Assembly: GCF_006345805.1 (NCBI RefSeq)
Contig: NC_043001.1
Location: 33,790,001 to 33,854,000, forward strand
Length of the DNA stretch: 64,000 nucleotides
From: Octopus sinensis
Lineage: Eukaryota
Reading direction: 5' to 3'
Made by a program: the position numbers and the translations under genes. The notes under the pieces were generated by a model, which was not told the origin of the DNA, ran no database searches, and saw only the letters and a list, made by a program, of their open reading frames with translations. Of this stretch, positions 51,369-64,000 are shown in pieces (position 1 is the first letter of the stretch; each line of letters opens with the position of its first letter).

Positions 51369-52767
51369 TATATATATATATATATATATACACTGGCTAA
51401 AATATAATTTTTGCAACCAATGATATAATGATAAAAGAAAAATATCTCAGTGTAATGAAGAAATACCCATGAAATGAAAGAATAAGACGCCACAATCAAC
51501 TAAAATGAGGATACATTCATTGATGCATAAATGTAAAAAACAGGTGTAACTTAGATGAGCTAAAATAACAAATAGATTCTATTTAAGCATAAGAACACTG
51601 CTTACTAAAAAACAAATATTTGAGAAAATATGGCAGTATTGTTGGTGTTTGTGATAAATTTGCTGTTCTTTAGAAACAAAAACTAATTTTTTCACAATAA
51701 TTAAAAAAATATTTATTTTATCAAATATGCTATTCTGACAACATCAGATAATTTTTACAGAGGGAAAATGTTGCAAATAGGAAACAAAGAAAAAAAATGT
51801 GATGCCTATTCTTTGTTCATATTTTCAGCAGAATGCCTGAACAACAATTTTGGTTTTGTTTTTACTATTAGGCTATTTTGCTTTATCTTTCTTTCTCTTT
51901 ATATTCTGGATACATTCTGATGAAATAGATTAAATTGGTTTCTAAATACATTTGGCATCTATTTTCCTCAAGTGTGACAACGAAATATATTTGCTATCAG
52001 ACAACACATTCAAAATGTTTTGATTAGATTTTTTTGCACTATTCTATAGCCAGATACAATGTTTATTAATCGTATTTACTTAATAGTTTTCCAGTGACAT
52101 TCCTTATGGGACATTATAAAGCTTTCTGCATAACTAATAGGGTGATAACTGACAAGAAAGCATCATATAGGTTCTAAAACTGACATATTCACTACTAGCA
52201 TTATCATCAGATTTACATTTGTTTTTCAATGCAGTATGTGTTGGACAGATCTACAATATCTGTTCAACCCATATACAGTTCACCATATACTGTAATACTA
52301 TATGCACACAGTGTAAACACTGATAACATAACTTATATTTCACCAACAACAGAAATATACCAAATGATAAACAGCATTTAGCTTTATCCATCTGCAATTT
52401 GGTGTCAGTTCTTTCCAGGGTTAACTTTGCTTTCATCCCCTCAACCCATCAAATCTATGACATGTTTTTGCATATGTAATTTTTGCTTCATATGTTAGCA
52501 TATCAACATTTCTAGGCACTCACCCTATCATATGGATGAATCATACTTGAAATGCCAAGCTAAGAAGTGTATGTTTACACAAAACCTGAAACATACACAC
52601 ACATATATATATATTGAATGTAGGTCTCAAATGTGCAGCTATACTCCACAGACTTTATTCAAGCCAGCACTGAGCAATTTGCATTTCATCTTAATTACCC
52701 TTCACAAATCACTCAGTACTGACATTCACCACTTTCTATTACCATTGACCATCACTGCAGCTTTCCA

Positions 52768-52839
<72 letters not shown>

Positions 52840-52842
<3 letters not shown>

Positions 52843-53735
52843 CTAGAAGATGAGCCTCGTCCTGGAAGATCTGTAGAACTCAATGAGGACATCTTGCAAA
52901 CCCTGGTGGAACAAAATCCCATTGTAACTGTTGAGGAACTAGCAGAGAAGCTTGGATTTGGTCATTCAACCAGTCACCAACACTTGTGTGCCATCAGAAA
53001 AGTCAGCAAATTGGGTCAATGGGTTCCTCACAAACTTTCCAAGTCTAATCGATTGCAGAGAGTGAATGTGTGCTCTTCTTGTCTCACAGATGAACCTTTT
53101 TTGGACTGAATAGTGATGAGAAATGGGTTCTCTATAAAAATGTCAAATACTGAAGGAGAAACACTGGCACTCCGGGCTAAAGAAGGTCTTCACCCACATA
53201 AGGTGTTATCTGTTTGGTGAGATATGAAAGGTTTAGTCTACTTTGAACTTTTAAACCCAAACCAAATGATAACAAAGGAGATCTACTGTGAGCAGCTTAA
53301 GTCAGTACTAGAAGAAAAACGACTTTCTTTGGTTTCAAAATGAAAGGTGTTCTCTTATCAGGATAATGCTCAGCCACATACAACAAGGATGACATTCCAA
53401 AAGCTTGAGCAATTTGAATGGGAAACAATGCCTCACCCACCATATTCACCAGACATTACCCCATCTGATTATCATTTATTCCACTGTCTTCAAAATCATT
53501 TGGACAGAAAAAATATGAATTCTGTAGATGAGATCAGAACAGTACTGGAGGAGTACTTTTCATCACGGACAAGTGAATTTTGGAAAAAGGGCCTTGCAAG
53601 TCTTCTAGATAGATGGAAGATCATTGTAGAAAATGAAGGAGAGTATATTTTAAATTAAAAAAGAACTTCGTTTACCTTAATTTTGAAAAATAAAAGAAGT
53701 ATAAAAATATCATATTATTTATGGAATGGCCCAAA
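52840..53735 (+). pseudogene. 5'-truncated, frameshifted mariner transposase
   Basis: LEDEPRPGR, GQWVPHKLS, DEKWVLY and QDNAQPH...HPPYSPDITPSDYHLF (D34D). Right TIR remnant near 53712-53735; the 5' end abuts (CT)n. Confidence 0.92.
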
Positions 53736-54427
53736 ATAATGTCTATATTTGGGCCTTTCAGCCATTTTCTTCCAGCTAAGTTTCCATCTGTCGCTTGTCT
53801 TGTCTGTCCATTATCCACTCATCTCTTATTATCGCCTTTCTTATTCATTTTACAAACTTAGTATTGACATTTTGTACACCAGCCTATCACTCCGCCTCCC
53901 TCCCTCTCCGTCTCTCACACCAATAAATGTGTTGCTTCCACAAGAGATTTTCTTGAAACATGATGGCTAAGTAATAAAGGATTGCATCAGATTTATTGAT
54001 ATCCATTGCACTTCTTTGTTTAACCTCTTGTGCTGCCTTCCATTATGTACTCCCACCTTAGATCACTGTCGTATGTTAAACAGCAGTAAATAAAATAGAA
54101 ATTTGATAAATTTAATATTAAAAACATCTTAAAATAAAAAAAATAAATATCAAGCAATGGTTTTATGAAAGAAAATCAAGTAGGTTTCATTCTACCTGAA
54201 TGAAACTGAGTTTAACTGATGTAAGAGATATTGAATATTACAAAAGAAATGCTTTCTTAAAACATCTGTTCTTAAAAGATTTACAAATGTTAAATTTCAC
54301 AGAGCTATCCAGCAATGTTTGTGCCGCGTCATATACAAAAAATATATAAATTGATTGCATTAGATAAATTTTGTGAACAAGATGGCTAAAAAAACAAAAA
54401 GAAATCAAATGCATAAATCACACTCAC

Positions 54428-54878
54428 TGAATACCATGATGAAGATTTCCTTTTCTTTTCAGCTTTGGTCTGTTTCAAACTTCTGGATTCATCGTCTCTG
54501 CCAGTATCACTGAAAGAGTTCTTATCAAAGTGCATGCTGAGATCAAATGATCGATCAGAGATTTTATCCATCACATTATCAAGTGACTTTTCAAATGCCC
54601 TTTCATGTGTACTGCCCTTAAGGATATCTGTTCGTTCGGACTCAGAAGATTTCTCACAGCTAGTTCCAGTTGATTTCCGTTCTTGCATACTGTCATTCGC
54701 ACGTGATGAGGAGTCACTCCATGTACCAACATCGATAGTGTCTCCGTCATCTTTATGGACAGGGATATCATTATCTAAATATAATGTGTCGACAAATGAC
54801 ACAGACGAAGAATTATTTTTGGTCTCATCAGCTTCTTGTATACATGGGCTACGTGTAACCCAAGGGACATTGGAAGTC
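54428..54878 (-). CDS. GRAMD1: GRAMD1/Aster-family (GRAM domain-containing) gene, 451-nt coding exon; Ser/Asp-rich N-terminal region ending ...KKRKSSSWYS
   Basis: Acceptor ttttatcttttcag|G (phase 2) and donor TCA|gtgagt (phase 0). Lies within ORF 54386-54895. The ending KKRKSSSWYS resembles the KKSQSWYN that precedes VLSPTY in vertebrate GRAMD1B and joins in frame with the 25826 exon. Confidence 0.88.
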
Positions 54879-55153
54879 CTGAAAAGATAAAACAAAGGTG
54901 TAATAGCAACTTCTTGAATTCTTTTATCGTAAATAAAAAAATTATGAAAAAGCCATCAAAAAACAAACAAACACATAACGAAAATTAATAAATTAATTAC
55001 ATATTTATATCCACTTAACTATTTTTCTTTGACAAATAAGCTGAAAAAGTCAATAGTTCTCCTCTGACTAGTCACAGTGTGTTCTCATAAAGTAGTGAAA
55101 GTTCTTGTAAACATCCATTAAAACTTCAATTGTGACAAGCAGCCAAAGTCACT

Positions 55154-55199
<46 letters not shown>

Positions 55200-56510
55200 C
55201 CCTCTCTCTCTCTCTCTCTCTCCTCCCATCCATAATATCTGTTATCTCTCTCTCTAGATGTCATTGTCATTACGGATTCCAGTATTGTCAGAGACTACCA
55301 GTTTTTATTGCTTTCATAATTTTTAGATTTTTTCTATTTTCATTCTTTTAAGCAAAAAGATGTTAATGGCTGAATGGGATTTGTCAACATCCATGTAATA
55401 ACTGCTTACCATTGTTAAGAGTCACCTGGGTATCTTGACTAAATCAAATAGTTATTTAAACCTGCTGCATACTATATACTAGGTTTTGAAGCATTGTTAG
55501 AAAATCAGACAAAATGCTTTGCAGCATTTCTTTCAGCCCTCAGCATTCTAAGTTCAAATCCAACCAAGGTCAACTTTGCCTTTCAATTCTTCTGAGGTCA
55601 TTAAAATAAAGTATCAGTCAATTACTGTGATTGATTTACTCAACAGATACTGATGTCTTCCAGGCTTCTTCAAGCAATGAGCTGTGATTGAGAATCCCTA
55701 ACAAATCCCTTCATGCAGTTTCTGCTTTAAGGGTGGATGAGGTATAAACAATATTCTTGTAAAAAACAATGATCTAAAATATTGTCATCTTTGGAAGACA
55801 TTGTATCCAAAGCTAGTCAACAGAAGATATTACAATAATCAAGTATTTAATACATGATGATAAAAGCATTTGAAGTGATTTCTGTAGGATGTAATAAAAG
55901 CAAAATTTGTCATTCTTTTGTTTCCATTCTTTCATGCAAAATGCTGCACAATGTTCGTATTGAATTCTTATTAAGGTACAGGGCCAAAATTTAATAAACA
56001 TGATGGTATGGCATTTAAATCAACCCTTTCTCCATGAAATGAATTAGTTTCAACTTGGAGTAAAAACCAGCTTGCATATTCAACAAAAAAAGAAGCTGAC
56101 TGTTTTCTTTTTTGTTTCTTTAGAAAGGTTTACTATCAACACCAGAAAACTAAATTTTCTATCAATATTTTCTCTTGTCACACATAATATGATACATCAG
56201 AAATCTTCCGCCTCTTCTAATATTGATTACATCAGCCTCCATCAAGCTATCTGCATTCACTAAGATTTTTATAACTATCTGTTATCTATATAAAAAGTTT
56301 TTGCTTTGTGTGTCATCTTCATTTCCAACTTCACCCAACAACATATTGGGTGAATGTTTCCTATTTCTGGAATTACTATTTCTGCTGATATTTTGAGATG
56401 TTATGATGTCTGATTTCAAGAAATGCTTAGTTTCTTGATGGCAATGTTCTAAGGTTGTATCCCATTACTTGTACTGTACACAGGTCAAAGTACTACTTAT
56501 TCTGTCTCAC

Positions 56511-56567
56511 CTACTCAGCAGAAGAGCTGGTAAAAACAGAGAACTTGACAACAGAGCATTGAAATCA
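56511..56567 (-). CDS. Candidate small upstream GRAMD1 exon (57 nt DFNALLSSSLFLPALLLSR, or a 16-nt microexon 56511-56526)
   Basis: Donor AGTAG|gtgaga is phase 2, matching the phase-2 acceptor at 54878. Two possible acceptors: atttccag| and ttctctgtttttaccag|. The frame is open. Confidence 0.35.
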
Positions 56568-59146
56568 CTGGAAATGTATATGAAATTTGATGCTTTACAT
56601 TGCCAACACCAATCCTTTCCACAGAAGAAAGAATAACTACTAACCTTTAATGTTTCAAGGAAAAGAATTAAACCTTTCTCTAATAGACATTTCATTAGAT
56701 CTATAATTGTGACACCAACAAACTGATTTGTAAACTGAATCACTAGCCTTAAAATAATATTGAAAAACTTCCTGGCTATTCTACATCTTAAAATAATCCT
56801 GTAAAGGTTTTGTAATGAAAATGCTAATGCTATTTACTAAATTAGAACAGAAGACACAAGTAACGTATAGTAAATTAATAAATGATTTAAGTCAAAATAA
56901 GGATTAAATAACATGAAAAAGAGATATGTTGAAACATGATCATGAAAGGAAAATTATTATTTTTAATCACAAATTATTCTAGCTAATGATATCAAGCTTC
57001 TAGTAACATCCTCCTTATTCCCAACAAACTGAAGACTGAAACAAAACTATGAGACTATGAGATAGTAATTAAAGATTATAAATAATTCAATATGATCAGA
57101 TTTTCATTAACAGCACAAACATTTCTTTTGAATAGAATTGCCACTCAGAAAAATCCATCTATCTAATTGATAATTACTTTTCCATTAAGTGTCATCTGTG
57201 CAATATTTCTGTCTCTATCTTTTACAGAAAATATTTCTGTATCCACTTCTAAAGGAAATTGACCCTTTTATGTTTTGCAGCTCTTTTATGCCACTCATCT
57301 GTTTCATATTTTAAATTCAATACCCAATCAGTTGATCAAGTATGTCTCATTCTTCTCCAACCTCAATGGAAATGCTACTTTTAATGCCTATGTTTTACTA
57401 AAAAGATTTTTTTATATATACTTCACAATCTTTCTTTCATACAAAGAAAGAACTGTTTTACAATGAGAAACTGTTGAGGAGATAACATACTCAGTGCTAA
57501 GGTCATTGACTATGTTACTTAAATATCATAACTTTTCTAGTACTTTAAAACCGCTATTGTTCATAGTCTTCACTTTCACTTAAATAATACCAGTTTTTTA
57601 TGGAGCCAGTTTAATGCCAGTCTTTCTGAAGTGCAAATCCGAGCAGCTAATTTATTTCTCTACCAATACTGATGTTAAATAAACTATATATATATACAAT
57701 TGCAAGTAAAATTTTTCAATAAAAATTACCGACTTCATGTCAAACAATCTTTAACAAATTAAAAGGGCTGCTATCAACAAAAAAACAAGCTAGAGGATAA
57801 CAGAAGCATTCGTATTTTGGTTCAGTGGGTCACATAACATCTAGTCTGTTTTAGAGCATCTTAGCTAGCTCATTTCACTGCTAGTCATTTCAATGACTTT
57901 TAAACTTTAAATATTTATTGAGGGCTTTGATAACTTTCCAAAAACGAAGTATAGTGAAATGGTTTCAACCTATAGACATCAAATTTTAGTTTGTAAAATT
58001 GGTTTCTCAGAAGCTTACTATTATTGTTGTGTTACTTTAGAAGTATTATTGATTTTCTTTTATATATTATTGTTCTATTTTATTGAGTTGCACATGTTTT
58101 GGCAAGCGGTTTCATTTGCAGTTGTGTTTGCTTTTATATTCATATCAATGCAGATGTATTTGCTTTAACATTACCGTTTAATTATTGTATGGTATTGTAT
58201 AACTGCCTTTGTAACTCAATATGTTTGTATAAAAAATCACAGTAGAATTAATGACAAGTGTTTTTTTTTTATAAAAGGTAGTTTTAAGATTGTTTGACCC
58301 AAAGATATCCTGTTAAAAAACAGTGATGGGGGAGCAATATCCACTATTTTGTACAATGAAATAACTTTTTCAATGTGTGTTCTACCACAAGACCAGATGA
58401 GATGTTATCTAAGTAACGGGCTAAATCCTTTTACCACTTCCTTTTTGTAATTGAAGGGTTAACAGTAGATAGTGCATCAACCAGTATAAATACTTGGATC
58501 AGCAAAAGCAAATAATTGAATTCACAAAGCATACATGAAAAAGAAATTCATAGAAATTCAAACTGTATTATCCTTGATTTATTAGTCTGCAAGTATCTTT
58601 AAAATATAACTAAGAAACCTATTTTTAACAGCAACATAGACATCATCTGTGTGGATATGTACAGACATATGTATCAGTCATTAGTCTACTGCAGGCATAC
58701 AATTTACACTCACAAACATACCTATATAAAAGTGAAAAATAAGAGTGAAACAAAAGGAAATAAGAAAATTAGATTTACGTATAAGAAAGGTAGAACACAA
58801 ATAATAGTGAGTAAAATGTCAAATAAACATTATATATAATGAAGTGAGAAGATATTTATACAACGTAATCTTTTCTATAGATATTAAACTACTTATAGAG
58901 GGTATTAACAAGATATGATGACATCATTGTTTCTGTACATGATAACAAGTGGAGACATACCATAATGAACAGAAGTAAAAATCAGATTTCAGTTTCCTTA
59001 CAGTATTAATAGAGATTATATAAAAGATGATACATAGCAGTCTATTTTTCTAAATACAAAGGGAGTAATATATATATATATATATACATACATACACAAA
59101 CACATATGTACAACCACACACATACACATATATATGTATATATATA

Positions 59147-59352
59147 TTATGGAGATGTACTTGCATAGCAAGTAACCTGATCTGAGATCATGTGCTGAAA
59201 CAAAACAATTGCAGGGTGGAAGGTGTTTATAAGCCATTTAAAACCACACAAAAACCGTCAGATTCACTTCAACATTTAAATTTAATTTGCCAAAATATTT
59301 TCATCGCTTTGAGACCGTGACCTGATCACTGACAAAATTCCGTGCTCCATGT
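59147..59352 (-). mobile_element. ~200-bp element in (TA)n carrying a variant hammerhead motif
   Basis: Flanked by TA/CA tracts; contains the motif at 59286-59336. Confidence 0.6.
59286..59336 (-). ncRNA. Minimal hammerhead-like motif with swapped G3:C8 core pair
   Basis: TTTGTCA-GTGATCA-G-GTCAC(GGTCTCAAA)GCGAT-GAAA-ATAT-TT-TGGCAAA. Confidence 0.65.
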
Positions 59353-59639
59353 ATATATATGTGTGTGTGTGTGTGTATCTTTTTACTTGTTTCAGTCACT
59401 GGACTGCAGCCATGCTGGGGCACTACTTTGAAAAATTTAATTGAACAAATCGACCCTATGTGCTTTTTCTTTTTAAAACTGGTACTTATTCTATAAATCT
59501 CTTTGGCTGAACTACTGTGCTATGGGGATACAAACAAGCCCACATCTGTTGTCAAGCAGTGGTAGGGGACAAACACATGCATGCACAGTTGCACACACAC
59601 ACACACACATACACACATAATATACATATAATATATACC

Positions 59640-59841
59640 TTTTACTCTTTCATTTGTTTCAATCATTTGACTGAGCCATGCTGGAGCACCACCTTTAGTG
59701 GAACAAACTAACCCCAGGACTTATTCTTTGTAAGCCTAGTACTTATTCTATCAGTCTTGTTTGCTGAACCACTAAGTTACGGTGACGTAAACACAGCAGC
59801 ATCGGTTATCAAGCAATGATGGGGGGACAAACACAGACACA

Positions 59842-59887
<46 letters not shown>

Positions 59888-60050
59888 GACGAAGGGCCTC
59901 TTTCAGTTTCTGTCTACCAAATCCACTCACAAGGCTTTAGTTAGCCCTAGGCTATAGTAGGGAGCACTTGCCCAAGGTGCCAAGCAATGGGACTGAGCCC
60001 AGAACCATGCCGCTGGTAAGTAAGCTGCTTACCACACAACCACTCCTGTG
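59640..60050 (-). mobile_element. Full-length SINE of the same family, reverse orientation
   Basis: Reverse complement of the 15469 element. Preceded by a partial copy (59378-59590) and followed head-to-head by a + copy (60075-60430). Confidence 0.88.
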
Positions 60051-60074
60051 ATATATACTAATATAAGTAATATA

Positions 60075-60430
60075 CTGGTGTAGGCATGGCTAAGTGGTAG
60101 GAAGTTTGCTCAACATCCACATGGTTCTGGCTTCAGTCCCACTATGTGGCACCTCAAGCGTCGTCTACTAAAGCCTTGCACCAACCAAAGCTTTGTGTGT
60201 GTGTGTGTGTTTGTGTGCCTTTGTGTTCATGTGTCCCCCCCCATCCCCACTTGGTAACTGCTGTTGGTGTGTTTACACTCACATAACTTAGTTGTTCAGC
60301 ATAAGTGACTGATCGAATAAGAACCAGACTTAAACAAAAATGAGTACAGGGGTCAATCTGTTTGACTAAAATTATCCAAGGCGGTTCCCCAGCATGGTCA
60401 TAGTCTGATGACTGAAGAAACAAAGAAAAC
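60075..60430 (+). mobile_element. SINE copy with internal deletion
   Basis: GGTGTAGGCATGGCTAAGTGGTAGG head and CCCAGCATGGTCATAGTCTGATGACTGAA tail. Confidence 0.75.
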
Positions 60431-60835
60431 AAAAAACACACACACATGTATGCATGTGTGTTTGTGTGCATAATAAGTTATACATATATAAAATAGACAC
60501 TATTTTATATATAATACATGATGATGATAATCATTTTAACCTCCATTGTTCCATGCTTGCATAGGTCGGAAGGAGTTCAATGAGGCAGATTTTCTGTGGT
60601 TGGATACCCTTGTCATCAATCCTCAGCTATTTCCAAGCATGCTAATATATTTCCAGCATGCAAGAGAGAAGACTACATTGGTTTGGATATGTGATGCATA
60701 TGAATGAGGACAGCTGCATAAAGAAGTACTGATCACTGAAAGTGGATGGTACCCGTGAAAGTATATATATATACTTCCTAACCATATGGTTCTGCATTCA
60801 GCACCCTGCATGGCACTTTGGGTATGTGTCTTTTA

Positions 60836-62092
60836 TCAGGTCATTAAAAATGAAATGTCCAATTTTGAACTGAAACTTTATTTTACAACAAAGTTAATCA
60901 ACAAAGTTAATCAAAGTATGCACCTAAATTATCAACACATTTCTGCCATTTTATTGGTAGCTTATTTATGCTGGCAGCAAAGACTTCTGGAGAGCAAAAA
61001 GTGATGAAATCACAAAAGGCTATTTTGCATCTTCTTCAGATTTCAAGTTTTTTCCTTGCACAAAGTTGTCTAATGCCTGGAAAACATGATAGTCAGTTGG
61101 TGGAAGGTCTGGTGAATATGGTGGATGACAGAGTATTTCCAAGTTCAGTTCCCATAACTTGAATAGCATTGTTTGTGCAACATGTGATCAGGCATTGTTA
61201 TGCAAAAGAATTAGCTTGTCTCTATTGACCAATCTCGGTTGTTTAGTTGCAAGTTCACACATCATTTCATCCAGTTGATTGATGTATACATCTGCTGTAA
61301 ATGACTTTCCAGGTTTCCTGAAACTGTAGTGGATAACACCAGCGCTGGACCACCAAACAGACCCTATTAGCTTTTTTTGGTGAATATTCTTCTTTCGATT
61401 GTGTTTTGGTACTTCGTCTATCCAACCACCATGCTGAACACTTGATATTATTGAAAGGAATCCATTTTTCATCACATATAACAATACAATACAACAATGG
61501 TTCACTTTTATGCCATGATAGCAAAGAACAGCAAGTTTTAAGATGATGTGTCATTTGATGCTTGTTCAGTTCATGTGGTATCCACTTGTCAAGCTTCTTT
61601 ACCGTGACGATTTGTTTCAAATGGTCCAATACAGTTGGAATCAAAACATCAAACCTCGCTGCTAACTCATGCATATTTTGAGAAGTATCTGCTTCCACTA
61701 CAGTTTCCAACTCATCATTATCCACCTCAGATCTATCTAAGGGCTGATCTTCAAGAGTAAAGTCACCAGACTAGAACTTCTCAAACCACCGACATACAGT
61801 GCACTCATTTGCCACATCTTCACCAAACACCTCATTGATGTTTTGAGCTGTCTGGGATGGAACTCATATTCATAAAAAGCACAAATTTTTTTTTATCTAT
61901 CCATGGGTTCACAAAAACTGATTTAAAAGAGAAAACTCACAATATAATCAGATACCATAAATTGCATTTCAAAAAGTATGATGTAACTCTTCAATGTTAT
62001 AAAACAAAGAACTGTCAGGATAAAACATTAGAGTTAACGACTGTCAAACTTAGTGCATAAGAAAATCAGACATTTCATTCTTAATGACCTGA
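60836..62092 (-). mobile_element. Full-length decayed mariner transposon nested in a SINE, TA TSD
   Basis: TA|TCAGGTCATTAAAAATGAAATGTC ... GACATTTCATTCTTAATGACCTGA|TA. Motifs WIPHEL, CDEKWI, HNNA and HPPYSPDLPPTDYH across frameshifts. The host SINE halves are at ~60770-60835 and 62093-62162. Confidence 0.95.
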
Positions 62093-62289
62093 TACAATAG
62101 CCCTGGATTGACCAAAACCTTATGAGTGGATTTTGGTAGATGGAAACTGAAAGAAGCCCATCATATATCTCACACATATGCACACACAGGTAAGTTTGTC
62201 TTTTGGTTAAACTCACCCACAGCCCATCTCCTCCCATCACCACCTACTACAGGCTCTTCCAGTTCCACAGTTCATCTCCTTCTCTCAGC

Positions 62290-62675
62290 TGAGATGTCCT
62301 TGTCTTGCAAGTTACTTGACAACCATGTAGGTGCTAATACCATGTAAAAAGCATCCATGTTGGTGCTACATAAAACATACCTATGCTGGCACAATGTAAA
62401 AAACACCTATGCTGGCAACACATAAAATGCACCTGTACTTGTGCCACATAAAAAGCATCCCTGCTTGTTCCACATAAAGAGCACCCATGCTGGTATCACA
62501 TAAAACGCACCTAGTAGACTCTGTAAAGTGGCTAGCATTAAGAAGGGCATCCAGCCACAGAAACCATGCCAAAACAGACTACTGAGGCTCAGTGTAGCCC
62601 TCCAGCTTGCCAGCTCCTGTCAAACCGTCCAACTCATGCCATCATAGAAAACAGATGTTATATGATGACGATGAT
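62290..62675 (+). mobile_element. RTE-tail repeat with internal ~25-27-bp minisatellite
   Basis: Repeated GCACCCATGCTGGTGCCACATAAAA-like units at 62350-62510, then the GGAAGGGCATCCAGC...(GAT)n tail. Related copy at 63565-63815. Confidence 0.75.
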
Positions 62676-64000
62676 ATATATGTGTGTGTGTGTGTGTGTG
62701 TTTGCATTTCCTTGTCTTGATATTGGGCGATAGTCATACAAGCAGTGACAATGGGTCATAAGGTCATTCAAGCACTGTCATCCATTTCCAATATTTTGGC
62801 CATAGATAAATATTACCTAACTGGGAAGCAGGTAAGGATTGGTGACAGGAATGGTATCTGGCTGTAGAAAATCTACCTCAATAAACTTCATCCAATGCAT
62901 TCAAGCATAGAAAAGCAGATGTTAAAGTTATATATGCCGATTTGTTTGACTAAAAGCAGTGCTCCAGCATGGTTGCAGTCAAATGACTGAAACAAATAAA
63001 AGAATACAAAATTGTGTGTGTATTCTGCATTTCTGTCCGCATCAACATTTAACATACGACATCTGTTCTCTATGCAGGCATGGGTTGAATGGCTTGTCAA
63101 ATCCAATGAGAGGGAGGACCACTTCATGCTCTTGTTTGTCTGGGGAAGTTTCCTATGGTTGGATGTCCTTCCTAACACCAGCCACTTTATAAAGTTTACT
63201 GAGTACTTTTTTTTCATGGGACAGCTACTAATTATGTTGCTTTGCAACTTGTAAGACGGTATGGTGTGTTCTGAGAGAGAATTAACTGTTATCCCTAGCA
63301 GGTTAAGCATCTACATGAAGACTTCTTTATATGCTCAGATTATAGTATTTAAAATATACTACTCAATCTCATGTTACATGGTAAATTATTGTAAATAACT
63401 GGAGTAACAAAAATTGATTGTAGCTTTGAAGAGCACCAAGTAAGTCACCACCAAATTCATTTCCAATATATTAAATGTACTTCTGAATATACATACATAA
63501 ACTCATTGCATTAACAATCTCTTTCAATTTGAATAAACTGTTCGCAAATCTTTTATCTTTTATCTATTGTGCTTGAGAAGACCTGTCAAGCCAAGTGAGA
63601 TCACAGTCATGGCCAATGCTGGTGTTTCATAACTGGCACATAAAAAGAACCCACCACACCCTCGGAGTGGTTGGTGTTAGGAAGGGCATCCAGGTGTAGA
63701 AACCATGCCAAATCAGACTGAAACCTGGTGCAGTTCTCCAGCTTACCAATTTTCAGTCAAACCATCTAACCCATGCCAGCATGGAAAATGGATGTTAAAT
63801 GATGATAATGATGATATGATGGTGATGATTGTAACAATGCTGAGATATGACCTTAAAAAGTTTTTATCAAACAGATCAACTCCAGTACTTATTTTTTATT
63901 TTTTGGCATTCATTTTATTGTTCCTTTTTTCAAACCCTTAAGTTATGAGGATGTCAAAAAAACCCCAGTAATGTCAAGTGATAGGAGAGAACAAATACAT

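Noticed and set aside
54465-54890. 141-aa plus-strand ORF
   Set aside because: Antisense shadow of the GRAMD1 exon.
62350-62510. CRISPR-like short repeats
   Set aside because: Degenerate tandem minisatellite inside a retroposon, with no unique spacers; eukaryotic context with no cas genes.

Overview
AT-rich, repeat-dense animal genomic DNA. The SINE families and the (TA)n/(CA)n/(AAT)n arrays point to an octopus (inference). The whole window lies inside one minus-strand gene, a GRAMD1/Aster-family sterol transporter. Three confident coding exons (54878-54428, 25826-25742, 2372-2269) join in frame into ...KKRKSSSWYS|VLSPTYKSRSEDYKKIFKEIPNDERLIV|DYSCALQKDILVHGRMFISQNWVCFYANIFRWETV, the start of the GRAM domain. 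The introns hold mariner/Tc1 elements, RTE and CR1-like LINE debris, tRNA-derived SINEs, Helitron- and Helentron-like elements, piggyBac-type MITEs and a GG...CC MITE family with 8-bp TSDs. Highlights: (1) four unrelated short elements carrying five Penelope-type minimal hammerhead ribozyme motifs, including a tRNA-headed, hammerhead-bearing SINE-like unit in a ~490-bp head-to-head palindrome and a natural G3:C8 swapped-core variant; (2) a composite MITE that has captured two pieces of nearby intron; (3) a microsatellite carrying an inverted copy of its own empty insertion site; (4) a CpG-rich intronic block that may be an internal promoter; (5) two frame-compatible candidate cassette exons. 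All calls were made by eye; no searches or folding programs were run.
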